From contig JADGCS010000001.1 of assembly GCA_015228875.1 (NCBI GenBank), positions 55,886 through 119,885 on the forward strand: a stretch of DNA of 64,000 nucleotides, in the 5' to 3' direction. The notes under the pieces were generated by a model. The model saw only the letters and a list, made by a program, of their open reading frames with translations, was not told the origin of the DNA and did no database searches. The DNA comes from Deltaproteobacteria bacterium (lineage in GTDB: Bacteria > UBA10199 > JADGCS01). Below, in pieces: positions 39,240 through 50,123 of the stretch. The first letter of the stretch is position 1. The number at the start of each line of letters is the position of its first letter. Both the position numbers and the translations under genes were made by a program.

Positions 39240-40429
39240 AACTCGTTCACCCCATTAATCAACGCCACGGCATCCAGATCAAAGCCGTTGGTGACCAGTC
39301 CTCCCGTATTGGCTTCTGCCCGGTTTTTTGCACAGAGCCCGATGTCCCGAATTTTGATATACTTGACTGCCGGCTCGGGAGGGGCTTCGAGGTCTGAGAT
39401 ATCAAAAGGATCGCCGCCGGACAAGCTGGGGTCCAGATATTCCTCCACATCAAGCCCTGCCTTGACAGGATGAACCCCCGCGCATCCTTTAAAGACAAGC
39501 CCTGCGTCATATTGCGTGCAGTCGAATGTCGCGTAGTGTACATCATCGGCGCTGACAGCGACCTCTGCACACTCCCTCCAGCCCGGAAACGGATTTTCGA
39601 AGACGGTAAAATCGGGACCTGGGCCATCAACAATAAGATAACCGTTAAGTTCGATCTTGATCTCGCCATCAGTGCCCAGAGAGACGACATCGTATGTGCC
39701 GCCGGGTGGGCCGAAGATGATCCCTGGAAAATCACTCAACCCAAAACCCGCGTCCGGTCCAAAGTTTGTTGTAAAAATGTCGTCGTCATTTAAAAAATAA
39801 TCTGCCTCATCATCCGGTGGTTCGGGGAGGAGGGGAGAGAAGGGGGTGTCAACAGGTTCGTCTGTTTCCTCTGTGATCACTTCCGCGGGTTCTGTGTCTT
39901 CAATGAGAGTCTCCTCAACTGCCATGAGAGATTCTGTGTCTTCATTGGAGGTCTCTTCAATGGCTGTTTCAGATTCTGCCTGAGCGGGCGTGTTGTTGCG
40001 CACCTCGACAAAGACCGCAGTGGATATGTTTTGCAGGGTGACGAGAATGTTTGTTGTCCCCGCTTGCACGGCCAAGAGCCGGCCTTTGTGGTTCACGGTG
40101 ACTGTATCACTGTCATTTGAGTACCAGATGATTTTGCCGCTTAAGAGCGGGTAAGGGCAGTTTAAGGTGTCTGTAAGATTTGTATAAACTGTGCCGTCGG
40201 AGAGTTGGACATTGAGCATGAGCCCCTTCTTTTGCCCCGGGGTCAACGTGATACTTGTGCCCTGAATCACAGTAATGGAGTCAATGGTTACGTAGGTTGC
40301 GGCCGGTTCCTCATTGACGGAGGGAGCGGGCGGCGTAGTGCCCTGATCAGGCGGGGCAGGGGTTGCAAACCTGTCTGGAGTAAAACATGCAGGGAGCAGG
40401 CAAAAAAGCAGCAAGGGGAGTACGCGCAT
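39236..40429 (-). CDS. Lipoprotein with Big_2-like Ig domain and acidic linker
   Basis: LLFCLLPAC lipobox, BIG2-like TVTVNHKGRLLAVQAGTTNILVT, and a long E/D/T-rich spacer. Confidence 0.5.
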   Translation of the reverse strand: MRVLPLLLFCLLPACFTPDRFATPAPPDQGTTPPAPSVNEEPAATYVTIDSITVIQGTSITLTPGQKKGLMLNVQLSDGTVYTNLTDTLNCPYPLLSGKIIWYSNDSDTVTVNHKGRLLAVQAGTTNILVTLQNISTAVFVEVRNNTPAQAESETAIEETSNEDTESLMAVEETLIEDTEPAEVITEETDEPVDTPFSPLLPEPPDDEADYFLNDDDIFTTNFGPDAGFGLSDFPGIIFGPPGGTYDVVSLGTDGEIKIELNGYLIVDGPGPDFTVFENPFPGWRECAEVAVSADDVHYATFDCTQYDAGLVFKGCAGVHPVKAGLDVEEYLDPSLSGGDPFDISDLEAPPEPAVKYIKIRDIGLCAKNRAEANTGGLVTNGFDLDAVALINGVNEF

Positions 40430-40430
40430 A

Positions 40431-41702
40431 TTATTCCCCCGTGATTGAAACACCCGCCACAATTGGGGTGAGCGTCTCACCGACCTGCTCTTTTGTTTCA
40501 ATATTGAAAACCTTGATGGCAGGGTTTGCGTCCCCTTCTGAGGTGCTGATCACCCGGTAACTTGCCCAGAGATAAGGGGGGTGAACATGGATGTCGCGGA
40601 TATCTGTTGCGTAGTCCTGAAAGGTTGTGATCGCAGATGAATCGCTTAAATCTTGCGGGAAAGAAACAATTTTTGATTCAAATGTGAAACTGCTGATGTC
40701 GTATCTGGCAAGGACAGCAAAAATTTTATCGCCCGATGGTTTGAGGTATTCGACGTAGCCACCAAGCCCCGAATCGTGGATAAATAATTCTGTGGTTTGG
40801 GCCTCGATATTTATGACCTCGATCCCGCCATACGAGGTGTTAAAGGAATAATCCGCAGTGTGTGAAACAAAGAGTCGGGTCATGTCGTCACTGGCCGCAA
40901 GGGCGGAGGGATTGCGCCCCTGCATTTTGATGGTGCCGGTGATGTGATGTTCGTTGACATCAATCATCCCGACGAGACCGTTTGAGTTCGCCGTAAATGT
41001 GCTCTGAAGATCCTGCAAGAGAACGTACAGTGTGTTGTTAACGATAAGCATCTTGTACGCACTGCCATTTTGGTCGCCATCGTCATTAAGGTATGCGGCA
41101 AAAGAATAGCGATGGGGTATTTCGCCCGTGTTGGTATTCATTTCGATGACATCGGCAGGGTCGCCGTTACTATCGATATTGTCGGGGTCACTCCCCGGAT
41201 TGTAAAGGGAGATAAAGGCCCTGTTGCCCTCGATGATACAATCACGCGGGTTGGTGCCGTTGCCTGTGGAGAATTGATTGAGGGTTTTAAAGGGGTGTTG
41301 TGGGTCGTACGGGTCGATGATTTGAAGGTTATCCGAACTGACCGAGTTGAACATGGCCCCGGCGTGAAGAACGTATAAAAGCCCTTCATGCAACCGCACG
41401 GTTGCCTCTGTCCCTAGCAGGGTGACCCCGGAGTTGGTAAGCACTGTAACTCCGTCTTCGATTTGGGCGGCATAAAGCTGACCGCTAGACTGGTAGTCCG
41501 TTGCAAAAACAAAAACAGTTTGCCGGTCTTCTGCGCTGTCCTCTGGGTCGAAATCAGTCTCATCCTCGATACCTATGGATGGATCAACAGCGACACCCTT
41601 TGCAGGCTCCACAGAGATACTGCCGCAAGAGAGCAAAAAGCAGACCGACAAACAAATGAATAAAGCAACACAAACAGTTTTTTTAGGGGAACGGATAGAC
41701 AT
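40431..41702 (-). CDS. Lipoprotein, probable beta-propeller
   Basis: FLLSCGS lipobox, then a repetitive beta-rich sequence. Confidence 0.5.
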   Translation of the reverse strand: MSIRSPKKTVCVALFICLSVCFLLSCGSISVEPAKGVAVDPSIGIEDETDFDPEDSAEDRQTVFVFATDYQSSGQLYAAQIEDGVTVLTNSGVTLLGTEATVRLHEGLLYVLHAGAMFNSVSSDNLQIIDPYDPQHPFKTLNQFSTGNGTNPRDCIIEGNRAFISLYNPGSDPDNIDSNGDPADVIEMNTNTGEIPHRYSFAAYLNDDGDQNGSAYKMLIVNNTLYVLLQDLQSTFTANSNGLVGMIDVNEHHITGTIKMQGRNPSALAASDDMTRLFVSHTADYSFNTSYGGIEVINIEAQTTELFIHDSGLGGYVEYLKPSGDKIFAVLARYDISSFTFESKIVSFPQDLSDSSAITTFQDYATDIRDIHVHPPYLWASYRVISTSEGDANPAIKVFNIETKEQVGETLTPIVAGVSITGE

Positions 41703-41924
41703 GGGGTTGTCCTCGCAAAAGTCTTTGTCCTACAATGTCTTGATGGTCTTTATTAAAGAAAAACTTAAAACCACAGAACGGTTGCAGCAACGACAAAGCT
41801 CAGGCAGGTCTTCTGACTTATGGGACTTGATATGATTTTATCAAGAGACGATTAAGGCAACCTTCCCATGTTTTGTCTGGCAAGCTAGCGCTTGGCGCAA
41901 CTACGCGACGAAATCTTCTGTTTT

Positions 41925-41967
41925 GCACGGGATGCACCCGCGCTCAATTGACTTTGAAATTCCCAGA
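41925..41967 (-). repeat. Repeat family A partial copy
   Basis: gcacgggatgcacccgcgctcaattgactttgaaattcc. Confidence 0.6.
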
Positions 41968-42096
41968 CACCAACACACAGTGGTTATACGCCCTACAACC
42001 CCATTTACAGCGGCGGGACCGCGCCGGATTTGCACCGGCTTCCCGTTTAATCCCCGAGGGGAACCTGATGTGTGGTATTTACACGGCGTTGTGATT

Positions 42097-42933
42097 TTAT
42101 GTCAAGACCAGACTGATGGGACAGTGATCGGAACCCCATTGATCCATATGTACCTCTGCCTTTTTTACCCGACCGAGCATATCGGGAGTGACCACAAAGT
42201 AATCAATACGCCACCCGATATTTTTCTCTCTGACACCCGGGCGGTAGGACCACCAGCTGTAAACATCCTTGGTGTCTGGATGAAGATGTCTGTAGGTATC
42301 GATGTAATCATGACCGAGAAATTTTGTAAATGACTCGCGTTCTGTGAGTGTAAAGCCACTGTTGTTCTCGTTACTTTTTGGATTCTTAATGTCGATCTCT
42401 TGATGCGCTACATTCATGTCACCGCAGCAGATAATGTTCTTTTGTGTGCTTCTTTTTTTTTGCAGCACTTTTAACAGATGCTCGTTAAACTTGAGTTTAA
42501 AGGGGATGCGTTCGAGCTCCCTCCCGCCGTTGGGGACATAAACATTGACCAGCGTAAATTTGTCAAAGTCCGCAATGATGGTTCTCCCTTCGTTATCACA
42601 TTCGGGCCTGCCCAAACCAATCGTGACAAGTTGTGGTCGTATTTTTGTAAGTATGGCGACGCCGCTGTAACCCGGTTTTTTTGCGCAGGCGAGGGCATAG
42701 TAGATGGGGGGGCGTTGTCCTTTTGATGATGCCTGTTCGTCAAAGGGGAGTTCTTCGGGGTCATTGAGCAGGGGGATCAAGTTATATTCCCTCGCTATTT
42801 TTAAAAAATCGACGGCCATGATCTTGGTTTCCTGCAGGCAGACAATGTCCGCGTTGGTTTGGTAAAACCATTCCCAGAAACCCTTTTTAATGCAGGCACG
42901 GATGCCGTTAACATTCCATGATATGATTTTCAT
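42097..42933 (-). CDS. xth: Exodeoxyribonuclease III
   Basis: MKIISWNVNGIRA...CLQETK...GDMNVAH...WSYR...GWRIDYF...SDHCP. The tool ORF is extended N-terminally through a repeat-A copy. Confidence 0.9.
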   Translation of the reverse strand: MKIISWNVNGIRACIKKGFWEWFYQTNADIVCLQETKIMAVDFLKIAREYNLIPLLNDPEELPFDEQASSKGQRPPIYYALACAKKPGYSGVAILTKIRPQLVTIGLGRPECDNEGRTIIADFDKFTLVNVYVPNGGRELERIPFKLKFNEHLLKVLQKKRSTQKNIICCGDMNVAHQEIDIKNPKSNENNSGFTLTERESFTKFLGHDYIDTYRHLHPDTKDVYSWWSYRPGVREKNIGWRIDYFVVTPDMLGRVKKAEVHMDQWGSDHCPISLVLT

Positions 42934-43050
42934 AGGTTGTCCATGAGGACCGAGGTAACAGGGATTGCAATTCTCATGATTTGTCAGTAATTCATTGCTT
43001 GCAAAACCATGAAACCTTCTTATGAACTTAACGTAAATCACATGGGTTGG

Positions 43051-43135
43051 CAAGTTACTAACTTGACTTTGACGCGGTTGAGTTCCCTCGTTATGCGAGG
43101 AATGCACCCGCGCTCTGTCGACTTTGAGATTCCTG
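43051..43135 (-). repeat. Repeat family A copy (inverted)
   Basis: caagttactaacttgactttgacgcggttgagttccctcgttatgcgaggaatgcacccgcgctctgtcgactttgagattcc. Confidence 0.85.
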
Positions 43136-43154
43136 GACATCAAGCAGGCTGATC

Positions 43155-43694
43155 ATGTGCTCATTATCCATGAAAAAAAATTTTATTTTTATTGTTGTCA
43201 TTTTTTTGTTGGGATATTTTTTGTACTCTGCCCTGTTTTCTCAGTCGGGGCTGGCCATTGGTAAGGCGGCCCCCTTATTTACTGTAGAGACACCAGGGCA
43301 TGAGCCATTTCAACTCAAAGATCATATTGGCAAAAAGGTGATCCTTTTGAATCTCTGGGCCACATGGTGTCCCGCCTGCCGCGAGGAGATCCCGGTACTT
43401 AATCAAATCCAGTCAGAACTTGATGGTGCAAAATTCATGATGGTTTCTATCATGCTTGATGAGACAAAGGACGCACAACAAAAACACGAGGCTCTCAACA
43501 GATTTAAGGAAAAAATACCCATTCACTTTCCTGTGTATTTTGATAACGGCTTTGCTGTGGCAGATGCTTACGGCACTTATAAACTGCCCGAATCCTACAT
43601 CATCGATTTAAACGGTGTCGTCAGTTACAAACATGTGGGACCCATAATGGGCTGGGATAAAAACGACATTATAGAGAGAATCAAGCAACTATAA
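43155..43694 (+). CDS. TlpA-like thiol:disulfide oxidoreductase (thioredoxin fold), membrane anchored
   Basis: WATWCPACREEIP motif with an N-terminal hydrophobic segment. Confidence 0.8.
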   Translation: MCSLSMKKNFIFIVVIFLLGYFLYSALFSQSGLAIGKAAPLFTVETPGHEPFQLKDHIGKKVILLNLWATWCPACREEIPVLNQIQSELDGAKFMMVSIMLDETKDAQQKHEALNRFKEKIPIHFPVYFDNGFAVADAYGTYKLPESYIIDLNGVVSYKHVGPIMGWDKNDIIERIKQL

Positions 43695-43699
43695 TATAC

Positions 43700-43816
43700 A
43701 GGAATTTCAAAGTCGACAGAGCGCGGGTGCATTCCTCGCAAAATAAAATGGAGAAATTCAATCGCGTCCCCCAAGGGGATTTCCTTCGGGGCATCACAGT
43801 CAAGTTGGTAACTTGA
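43700..43816 (+). repeat. Repeat family A copy, with a nested 24-nt GC motif
   Basis: aggaatttcaaagtcgacagagcgcgggtgcattcctcgc...cccccaaggggatttccttcggggc...gtcaagttggtaacttg. Confidence 0.85.
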
Positions 43817-44567
43817 GGTCTATTTTTTCCCCGGGTCTTAAAAGGCAGACCTCACTTGTCACACCTTGTTTTGTCATTTCTTGTGAGAGTGTTTCGCTTA
43901 TTTTTTCGAAGGTTCGGCCGTGATAATTAAAGGATCCAAACGCATTGGGGATCATTTTTTTGGCCCCCAAATCTTTAAAGGCCTGCACTGCCTCTGCAGG
44001 GGTCATGTATCTTTTGCCCGCAATAAAATCGGGATTTAAGTGATCGATGGGAAGGATAGCCACATCGATGTTGTAGTTTTTACCAATATCGAAAAAACAG
44101 GCCCCATCGTATTTTGTATCGCTACAGTAAAAGACCGTGGCTGTGGGGAGTTTGATGATGTAGTGAAGACTGTTCTGAGGGATCAATGGGCAGTTTCTAA
44201 ATCCCCTATGAAGGGGTTTTAATCCGATAATTTGACACGACCCGATCCCCATTTCTGCTCCATTTTTGAGTTCGTTGATGGGGAATCTGTGGAACCTGCT
44301 GATGATCCTGCCAAGTCCCATGGGGAGAATAATCTGGGCGGTCTGTTTAAAATACCTGAGGGCATCGAGATTCATCCGATGATGATGGGCGTTGCTTAAG
44401 AGGACACAGTTAACCTTGTGAAGGTCCTCGGTGTTTATTGACGGGTCATCCAGTCTCCTGAGGTAGAACATTTTTTTGTCAAAGTTGGGATCGATGACAA
44501 GACTGATATCTGACGTTTTGAGCCACACGGTTGTGTGTCCGAGAAATGTGATGCTGCATTCATTCAT
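43800..44567 (-). CDS. MBL-fold metallo-hydrolase
   Basis: ITFLGHTTVWL...LLSNAHHHRMNLDAL pattern. Confidence 0.65.
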   Translation of the reverse strand: MNECSITFLGHTTVWLKTSDISLVIDPNFDKKMFYLRRLDDPSINTEDLHKVNCVLLSNAHHHRMNLDALRYFKQTAQIILPMGLGRIISRFHRFPINELKNGAEMGIGSCQIIGLKPLHRGFRNCPLIPQNSLHYIIKLPTATVFYCSDTKYDGACFFDIGKNYNIDVAILPIDHLNPDFIAGKRYMTPAEAVQAFKDLGAKKMIPNAFGSFNYHGRTFEKISETLSQEMTKQGVTSEVCLLRPGEKIDLKLPT

Positions 44568-44705
44568 AATGGGTTAGGGCTCTAAAGCCAAGCCCTGTCA
44601 TAGGGGCGAAAACAATTGATTTGACCAACCGACGCATGTAGTAACAACAAGTTGGATTCTTGTCAAAGGATCCGCTTTTGAGATTATTACAATCGGAGAA
44701 TCATC

Positions 44706-45830
44706 ATGGATTTTGTAAAACGACCCACTGTTGCAGTGGTGCATCTTGATCATATCAGACACAACGCAAGACAGATCCTTGCCCTGCTCCCCAAGGGGCA
44801 GGAGGTCATGGCCGTTGTCAAGGCCAATGGTTATGGGCTGGGCTCGGTCATGACAGCACGCGCACTGGGTTCTTGCGGGATTAAAAAATTTGGTGTGGCC
44901 ACGTTCGAAGAAGGTCTCGAATTAAGAAAACAGGGGATCAGTCACGAGATTCACATCCTCGATGGGATCATGGCCCCGCTCGAAGACTACCATTCCAACA
45001 GGTTGTACCCGGTTATCTACGAGATGGAACATCTTAAGGCACTTAATGAGTATCTTGCTCGTGAACAGCGCGAATTTTCTGCAAGCCTTAAATTTGATAC
45101 CGGCATGGGCAGACTTGGTTTTGCACCGGCACAGGTCGACGAGGTGGTTGCGATGCTCAAAAGGACACCCGAACTCAAAATTGTTGCCGTGATGACCCAC
45201 CTCTCAAAGGCCGATGTCGACAATACAGAACACACTGCCCGACAATACACACTGTTTGGAAAACTAAGAGAGATCCTTAAAGAGAGGGGGCTCAAAAACG
45301 CAAAGTACGGCATCTGCAATTCGGCAGCCATTGTGGACCAGCGCTTCGAAGACTTCGATTTTGTCAGGCCGGGCATTATTCTCTACGGTTGTTATCCCGA
45401 TCCAAGACAGCATACAAAGATCGACCTCAAACCCGTGGTCGAACTTAAAACCAGGATTTTCAGCCTTAAAAAATATCAAGTCAATTCTTCCATTGGTTAT
45501 CGCGGCACCTTTGTGACAGACAGGGAATCCTTAATCGCCTTTTTGCCCATTGGTTATGCTGACGGTTATCCCAGACTCGTCTCAAACAGGGGACACGCCA
45601 TTATCAGGGGGCTAAAGGCCCCGATTGTCGGCAATATATCCATGGACCTCATGGCCATTGATGTCACGGATATCAAAGACGTGGAACTCTACGACGATGT
45701 CATCCTTATCGGACAAGACGGGAGCGAGATCATTCGGGTCGAGGACGTCGCAACATGGGCCGAGACCATTTCATACGAAATCATCTGTGGCCTGTCAGTC
45801 AGGGTCCCCAGGGTGTACGAAGGGGCGTGA
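44706..45830 (+). CDS. alr: Alanine racemase
   Basis: AVVKANGYGLG PLP-lysine motif, length about 375 aa. Confidence 0.9.
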   Translation: MDFVKRPTVAVVHLDHIRHNARQILALLPKGQEVMAVVKANGYGLGSVMTARALGSCGIKKFGVATFEEGLELRKQGISHEIHILDGIMAPLEDYHSNRLYPVIYEMEHLKALNEYLAREQREFSASLKFDTGMGRLGFAPAQVDEVVAMLKRTPELKIVAVMTHLSKADVDNTEHTARQYTLFGKLREILKERGLKNAKYGICNSAAIVDQRFEDFDFVRPGIILYGCYPDPRQHTKIDLKPVVELKTRIFSLKKYQVNSSIGYRGTFVTDRESLIAFLPIGYADGYPRLVSNRGHAIIRGLKAPIVGNISMDLMAIDVTDIKDVELYDDVILIGQDGSEIIRVEDVATWAETISYEIICGLSVRVPRVYEGA

Positions 45831-46588
45831 TGCGGTTCTTTTACGATATCGTTAATTATCTGGGGGATTTTTTTGTCTTCTGCGTCAACAGCTTTCTGTG
45901 GCTGTTAAGACGCCCCTTCAGGCACCGGCTTTTTATCGATCAGGTCAACACGGTTGGTGTCGATTCCATCCCCATCATCGTCCTTGTCAGTATCTTTACG
46001 GGGATGGTCTTCGCCCTGCAGACCACATACGCGTTCCGCCTGTTTAATGCGGAGAGTCTCGTCGGGGCCACTGTGGCCCTGTCGCTCACGCGCGAGATCG
46101 CCCCTGTCTTTGCTGCCCTTATGATCACGGCACGCATTGGTTCCTCAATGGCCGCAGAACTAGGCACCATGAAGGTCTCAGAACAGATCGATGCCCTCGA
46201 CTCCATGGCGGTCTATCCCCACCAGTACCTCGTTGTCCCCAGGGTCTTTGCAGCCACACTTATGGTCCCGTTGCACACCGTTATTTTTGACTTTATAGGC
46301 GTGCTGGGTGCGTATTTTGTCGGCGTGATCCTCTTGGGGATCCCCAAGGGTTATTTTATGATGCGCATCGAAAACATGGTCGACCCTGATGACGTTTTTG
46401 GGGGTGTGGTCAAGGCGGCTGTTTTTGGCTTTATTCTGGCGAGCATCTCCTGTTTTGAGGGATTTCGCACCAAAAACGGCGCCAAGGGTGTGGGTATCTC
46501 AACCACAAGGGCCGTGGTCATCTCCTCCGTTTCCATACTGATTATCGATTATTTTCTCACACAACTCATTCTGGAGTTCATCACATGA
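45830..46588 (+). CDS. mlaE: Phospholipid ABC transporter permease MlaE
   Basis: MlaE-like transmembrane pattern. The start overlaps the alr stop. Confidence 0.85.
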   Translation: MRFFYDIVNYLGDFFVFCVNSFLWLLRRPFRHRLFIDQVNTVGVDSIPIIVLVSIFTGMVFALQTTYAFRLFNAESLVGATVALSLTREIAPVFAALMITARIGSSMAAELGTMKVSEQIDALDSMAVYPHQYLVVPRVFAATLMVPLHTVIFDFIGVLGAYFVGVILLGIPKGYFMMRIENMVDPDDVFGGVVKAAVFGFILASISCFEGFRTKNGAKGVGISTTRAVVISSVSILIIDYFLTQLILEFIT

Positions 46589-47337
46589 TCAGTATCAAGG
46601 GACTCAAAAAAAGTTTTGGCGCCCAGGTTGTCCTTGATGATCTCTTTTTCGAGATCCCAGACGGCAAAATCACTGTTATCATAGGCCGCAGCGGTGAGGG
46701 AAAAAGTGTTCTCTTAAAGCACATGATGGGACTCATCCGCCCCGACAGCGGCGAGGTCGTTGTAGACGGCGTTTCGCTGTTCACGCTTGATGACTTTCAA
46801 CTCAACGAAAACAGAAAGCAGTTTGGCATGCTCTTTCAAAATGCGGCCCTCTTTGATTCGATGACCGTGTTTGAAAACATAGCATTTCCCCTGGTCGAAC
46901 ACAGCGTTCTTTCGGGGAATAAGATCACAGAGAGGGTGAACGACCTGATCTCCCTTGTGGGGATGGATGAGGTTGTTTTAAAAAAATTTCCATCAGAACT
47001 CTCTGGGGGGATGAGAAAAAGGGTGGGGCTTGCCAGGGCGATAGCCCTTAAGCCCAAGATACTCCTCTATGACGAGCCGACAACGGGGCTGGACCCCGTG
47101 ATGACCGACGTTGTAGACCACCTGATATTAAATACACAAAAAAAATTGAAAGTTACCTCGGTAGTGATTAGTCATGACATCTCTGCTGTTTATGCCATTG
47201 CCGATAAAATCGCCATGCTGCATGAGGGTAAAATATTAATGGATGGGACACCCGATGAATTTAAAAACACAAACAACGAGGTCATTAAAAATTTTCTTGA
47301 GGGCAGGGCAACGGGGGAGCAGCTTAAAGACTTGTAA
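46585..47337 (+). CDS. mlaF: Phospholipid ABC transporter ATP-binding protein MlaF
   Basis: GRSGEGKS Walker A, LSGGMRKRVGLARA signature, LLYDEPT Walker B. Confidence 0.9.
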   Translation: MISIKGLKKSFGAQVVLDDLFFEIPDGKITVIIGRSGEGKSVLLKHMMGLIRPDSGEVVVDGVSLFTLDDFQLNENRKQFGMLFQNAALFDSMTVFENIAFPLVEHSVLSGNKITERVNDLISLVGMDEVVLKKFPSELSGGMRKRVGLARAIALKPKILLYDEPTTGLDPVMTDVVDHLILNTQKKLKVTSVVISHDISAVYAIADKIAMLHEGKILMDGTPDEFKNTNNEVIKNFLEGRATGEQLKDL

Positions 47338-47370
47338 CGCGTCTCAAAACGCCGCACAATAAACGCCAAC

Positions 47371-48726
47371 ATGAAGAGCAACAATTTCAAAGCCGGCATT
47401 TTTGTCCTGATCACAATGGTCCTTCTTGTGATCATGATCCTCAAGATCAGTCAGGGTGGTCTCATCTTTTCAAAGACATATTACCTTTACATGGACATCA
47501 ATTCTGCCGTGGGCCTTGCAAAAAACAGTCCTGTCCAGATTGCCGGCGTGGATATCGGGATTATTGAGGATATCCTGCTCACAAACCGCAACACGGCTCG
47601 ATTAAAACTCTCCATCAGGGACGACATAAGAATCTCCAGACAGGCATCGGGCAACATCAAGACAACGGGTATTCTGGGCGATGCCTATGTCGAGATCATG
47701 CAGGGCGAGTCCATGACAGAGACACTTAAAGATGGCGATGTGATCACCGATGTGACCAGTTTCGGGGATATCAATTCAGTCACGGGCCAGATTGCTGCCA
47801 TTGCGACCGATGTTAAAGCGATCACCGCTCAAATGCGTAAACTCATGGCGGGAGACGGTTCCACTTTTGACAACACCATGAAGAACATCGAGAAAATTTC
47901 CAACTCGCTTTCCAATGTCACCTCAGCAAACGAAGACAACATCAACGTCATCATTGCCAACATGAAGGCGCTGTCGCAAAACCTTAATTACATGGTGGCC
48001 CGCAACATGGGAAGGGTCGACAGCACGTTTTACAACCTCGACGATATTACAGGGACCATCTCCCGCGGAGAAGGCACTATCGGACAGCTCGTCAAGGACG
48101 ACAAAACGATCAACAAACTCAACGAGACGCTCGAAGGCATCAACGATTTTTTGGGCGGGGCCAACAGGCTTAAGGTAGATCTGGGCATGCACTCCGAATA
48201 CCTTGCCGGGACGGGAGATTTTAAAAACTATGTCTCCCTAAGTTTAAAGCCAAGGCCCGATAAATATTTTCTACTCGAGGTAATGAGCGACCCCGATCCC
48301 AGTTTTGAAACGGGGATCGAAGAGACCATTGTGACCTCCGGGGCAACAAGCAACAAAATCACCACAAAAACGCGCACAAAAAAACTTGATGGGTTCATGT
48401 TTTCGGCGCAGATCGCAAAAAAAATACACGACTTCACCATCAGGGGGGGGCTCATCGAATCGTCCGGCGGTATCGGGGTTGATTACGACAAAGGCATCTT
48501 TGGCCTTTCTTTTTCTGCGTTCGATTTTAAGAGCGATGAAGGGCAAAAGCCGCACCTTAAGGCCATGGGGCGCACGCAGGTGAGTCACAATTTTTATTTT
48601 CTGGGCGGTGTTGATGACTTTATCAACACCAATCAGGATCTGGCCTGGTTTCTGGGCGCCGGTCTTTCGTTCACGGACGACGACATCAAATCACTCCTGG
48701 GGATCATGACAGGGTTAAAGCGGTGA
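47371..48726 (+). CDS. mlaD: MCE-domain protein (MlaD-like) with long C-terminal extension
   Basis: N-terminal TM, then MCE-like VGLAKNSPVQIAGVDIGIIEDI. Confidence 0.75.
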   Translation: MKSNNFKAGIFVLITMVLLVIMILKISQGGLIFSKTYYLYMDINSAVGLAKNSPVQIAGVDIGIIEDILLTNRNTARLKLSIRDDIRISRQASGNIKTTGILGDAYVEIMQGESMTETLKDGDVITDVTSFGDINSVTGQIAAIATDVKAITAQMRKLMAGDGSTFDNTMKNIEKISNSLSNVTSANEDNINVIIANMKALSQNLNYMVARNMGRVDSTFYNLDDITGTISRGEGTIGQLVKDDKTINKLNETLEGINDFLGGANRLKVDLGMHSEYLAGTGDFKNYVSLSLKPRPDKYFLLEVMSDPDPSFETGIEETIVTSGATSNKITTKTRTKKLDGFMFSAQIAKKIHDFTIRGGLIESSGGIGVDYDKGIFGLSFSAFDFKSDEGQKPHLKAMGRTQVSHNFYFLGGVDDFINTNQDLAWFLGAGLSFTDDDIKSLLGIMTGLKR

Positions 48727-48801
48727 GCTGGGGGATATTTGTTGGCAGTGGGCCGTGTAAGTCGAGGCTGATGTTTCCCGGCTAAGGGCTGGGGGCTGCT
48801 T

Positions 48802-50037
48802 ATGGCACAAATCAACAGTCATTATTTAAAACTCAAATCAGGTTATTTGTTTCCAGAGATTGGTCGCAGGGTGAGCGAATTTGCTCAAAAAAATCCTGCA
48901 GCCCGTCTCATCCGTCTTGGTATTGGTGATGTGACACGGCCGCTCCCCGATGCTGTGGTCAAAGCGGGCAAGGCTGCCTTTGACGAGCTGTCACGGGCCG
49001 AGACATTCAGGGGCTATGGTCCAGAAAAGGGCTATGAGTTTTTAAGACGGGCCATTGCAGAAAACGATTTTAAACCCCGTGGGGTTGTTGTTGATCCAGA
49101 AGAGATCTTTATCTCCGACGCCTCCAAGTGCGACACGGCCAACATGCAGGAGCTCTTTGATCAAAACTGCAGGGTGGCGATTCCCGATCCTGTCTACCCC
49201 GTCTATGTCGATACCAATGTGATGGCGGGCAGGACAGGCAGTGCAGACGGGCAGGGGAGGTACGAGGGGCTTCATTATCTTTCATCGGGTCCTGAGAGCG
49301 GTTTTCTTCCCCAAATTCCCCGAGAAAGATTCGACATCGTCTACCTTTGTTTTCCAAACAACCCAACGGGCGTTGTCGCCACAAAGGACGAGCTTAAAAG
49401 ATGGGTCGATTACGCACGGGCAAACGAGGCCGTTATTTTTTTTGACGCGGCCTACGAGGCTTACATCACCGATGAGCACATCCCTCATTCTATTTTCGAA
49501 ATCGAGGGGGCCAGCGAATGCGCAGTTGAATTCCGCTCATTCTCCAAAACTGCGGGTTTTACCGGCACGCGGTGCGCCTTTACGGTGGTCCCGCGGGCGT
49601 TGATGTGCCGCAATAGCCGCGGGGAAAAGGTTGCGCTTCACGCCCTGTGGCACAGGCGTCAGTCTACAAAGTTTAACGGTGTGAGTTACCCCGTTCAAAG
49701 GGCGGCGGAGGCCTGCTACTCGGACGAGGGTAAAAAAGAGATCAGGGAGTTGATCGCTTATTACATGGAAAATGCCAAGTTCATTCACCAAACCCTTTCA
49801 AAGATGGGGTTTGCGGTCTACGGGGCCATCAACGCGCCTTACATCTGGCTTAAAACACCACACGACACAGATTCGTGGGGTTTCTTTAACGAGCTTTTGC
49901 ACAAGGCCCATGTGGTTGGCACGCCCGGGGCCGGTTTTGGGGCCTGCGGCGAGGGGTATTTAAGGCTCTCCTCATTTGGCTCGCGTGCGGACATCGCAGA
50001 GGCCATGGAGCGGATCAGACAGATTTATGATATTTAA
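48802..50037 (+). CDS. dapL: LL-diaminopimelate aminotransferase
   Basis: N-terminus [20 protein letters not shown] is characteristic of DapL. Class I aminotransferase fold with [15 protein letters not shown]. Confidence 0.85.
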   Translation: MAQINSHYLKLKSGYLFPEIGRRVSEFAQKNPAARLIRLGIGDVTRPLPDAVVKAGKAAFDELSRAETFRGYGPEKGYEFLRRAIAENDFKPRGVVVDPEEIFISDASKCDTANMQELFDQNCRVAIPDPVYPVYVDTNVMAGRTGSADGQGRYEGLHYLSSGPESGFLPQIPRERFDIVYLCFPNNPTGVVATKDELKRWVDYARANEAVIFFDAAYEAYITDEHIPHSIFEIEGASECAVEFRSFSKTAGFTGTRCAFTVVPRALMCRNSRGEKVALHALWHRRQSTKFNGVSYPVQRAAEACYSDEGKKEIRELIAYYMENAKFIHQTLSKMGFAVYGAINAPYIWLKTPHDTDSWGFFNELLHKAHVVGTPGAGFGACGEGYLRLSSFGSRADIAEAMERIRQIYDI

Positions 50038-50038
50038 A

Positions 50039-50095
50039 TATATCATGTGATATTTTAAAATATCATACGATATTTGACAATAACATATGATATAT
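50039..50095 (+). promoter_or_regulatory. Three spaced ATATC-N4-GATAT palindromes, a candidate operator upstream of the HTH-MNT gene
   Basis: atatcatgtgatat, atatcatacgatat and atatgatatat lie within 60 bp in front of ORF 50124. Confidence 0.5.
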
Positions 50096-50123
50096 CGTAA
50101 AATCATAAAAAAGGCCATTCGCC

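Noticed and set aside
41923-42333. ORF 41923..42333 (+) containing MHPRSIDFEIP
   Set aside because: It starts inside a partial repeat-A copy and runs antisense to the well-supported xth gene, so it is spurious.
42934-43143. N-terminal 70-aa extension of the xth tool ORF (42097..43143)
   Set aside because: The extension is a read-through of an inverted repeat-A copy. The conserved MKIISWNVNG start, with an upstream purine-rich stretch at 42933, is the genuine start.
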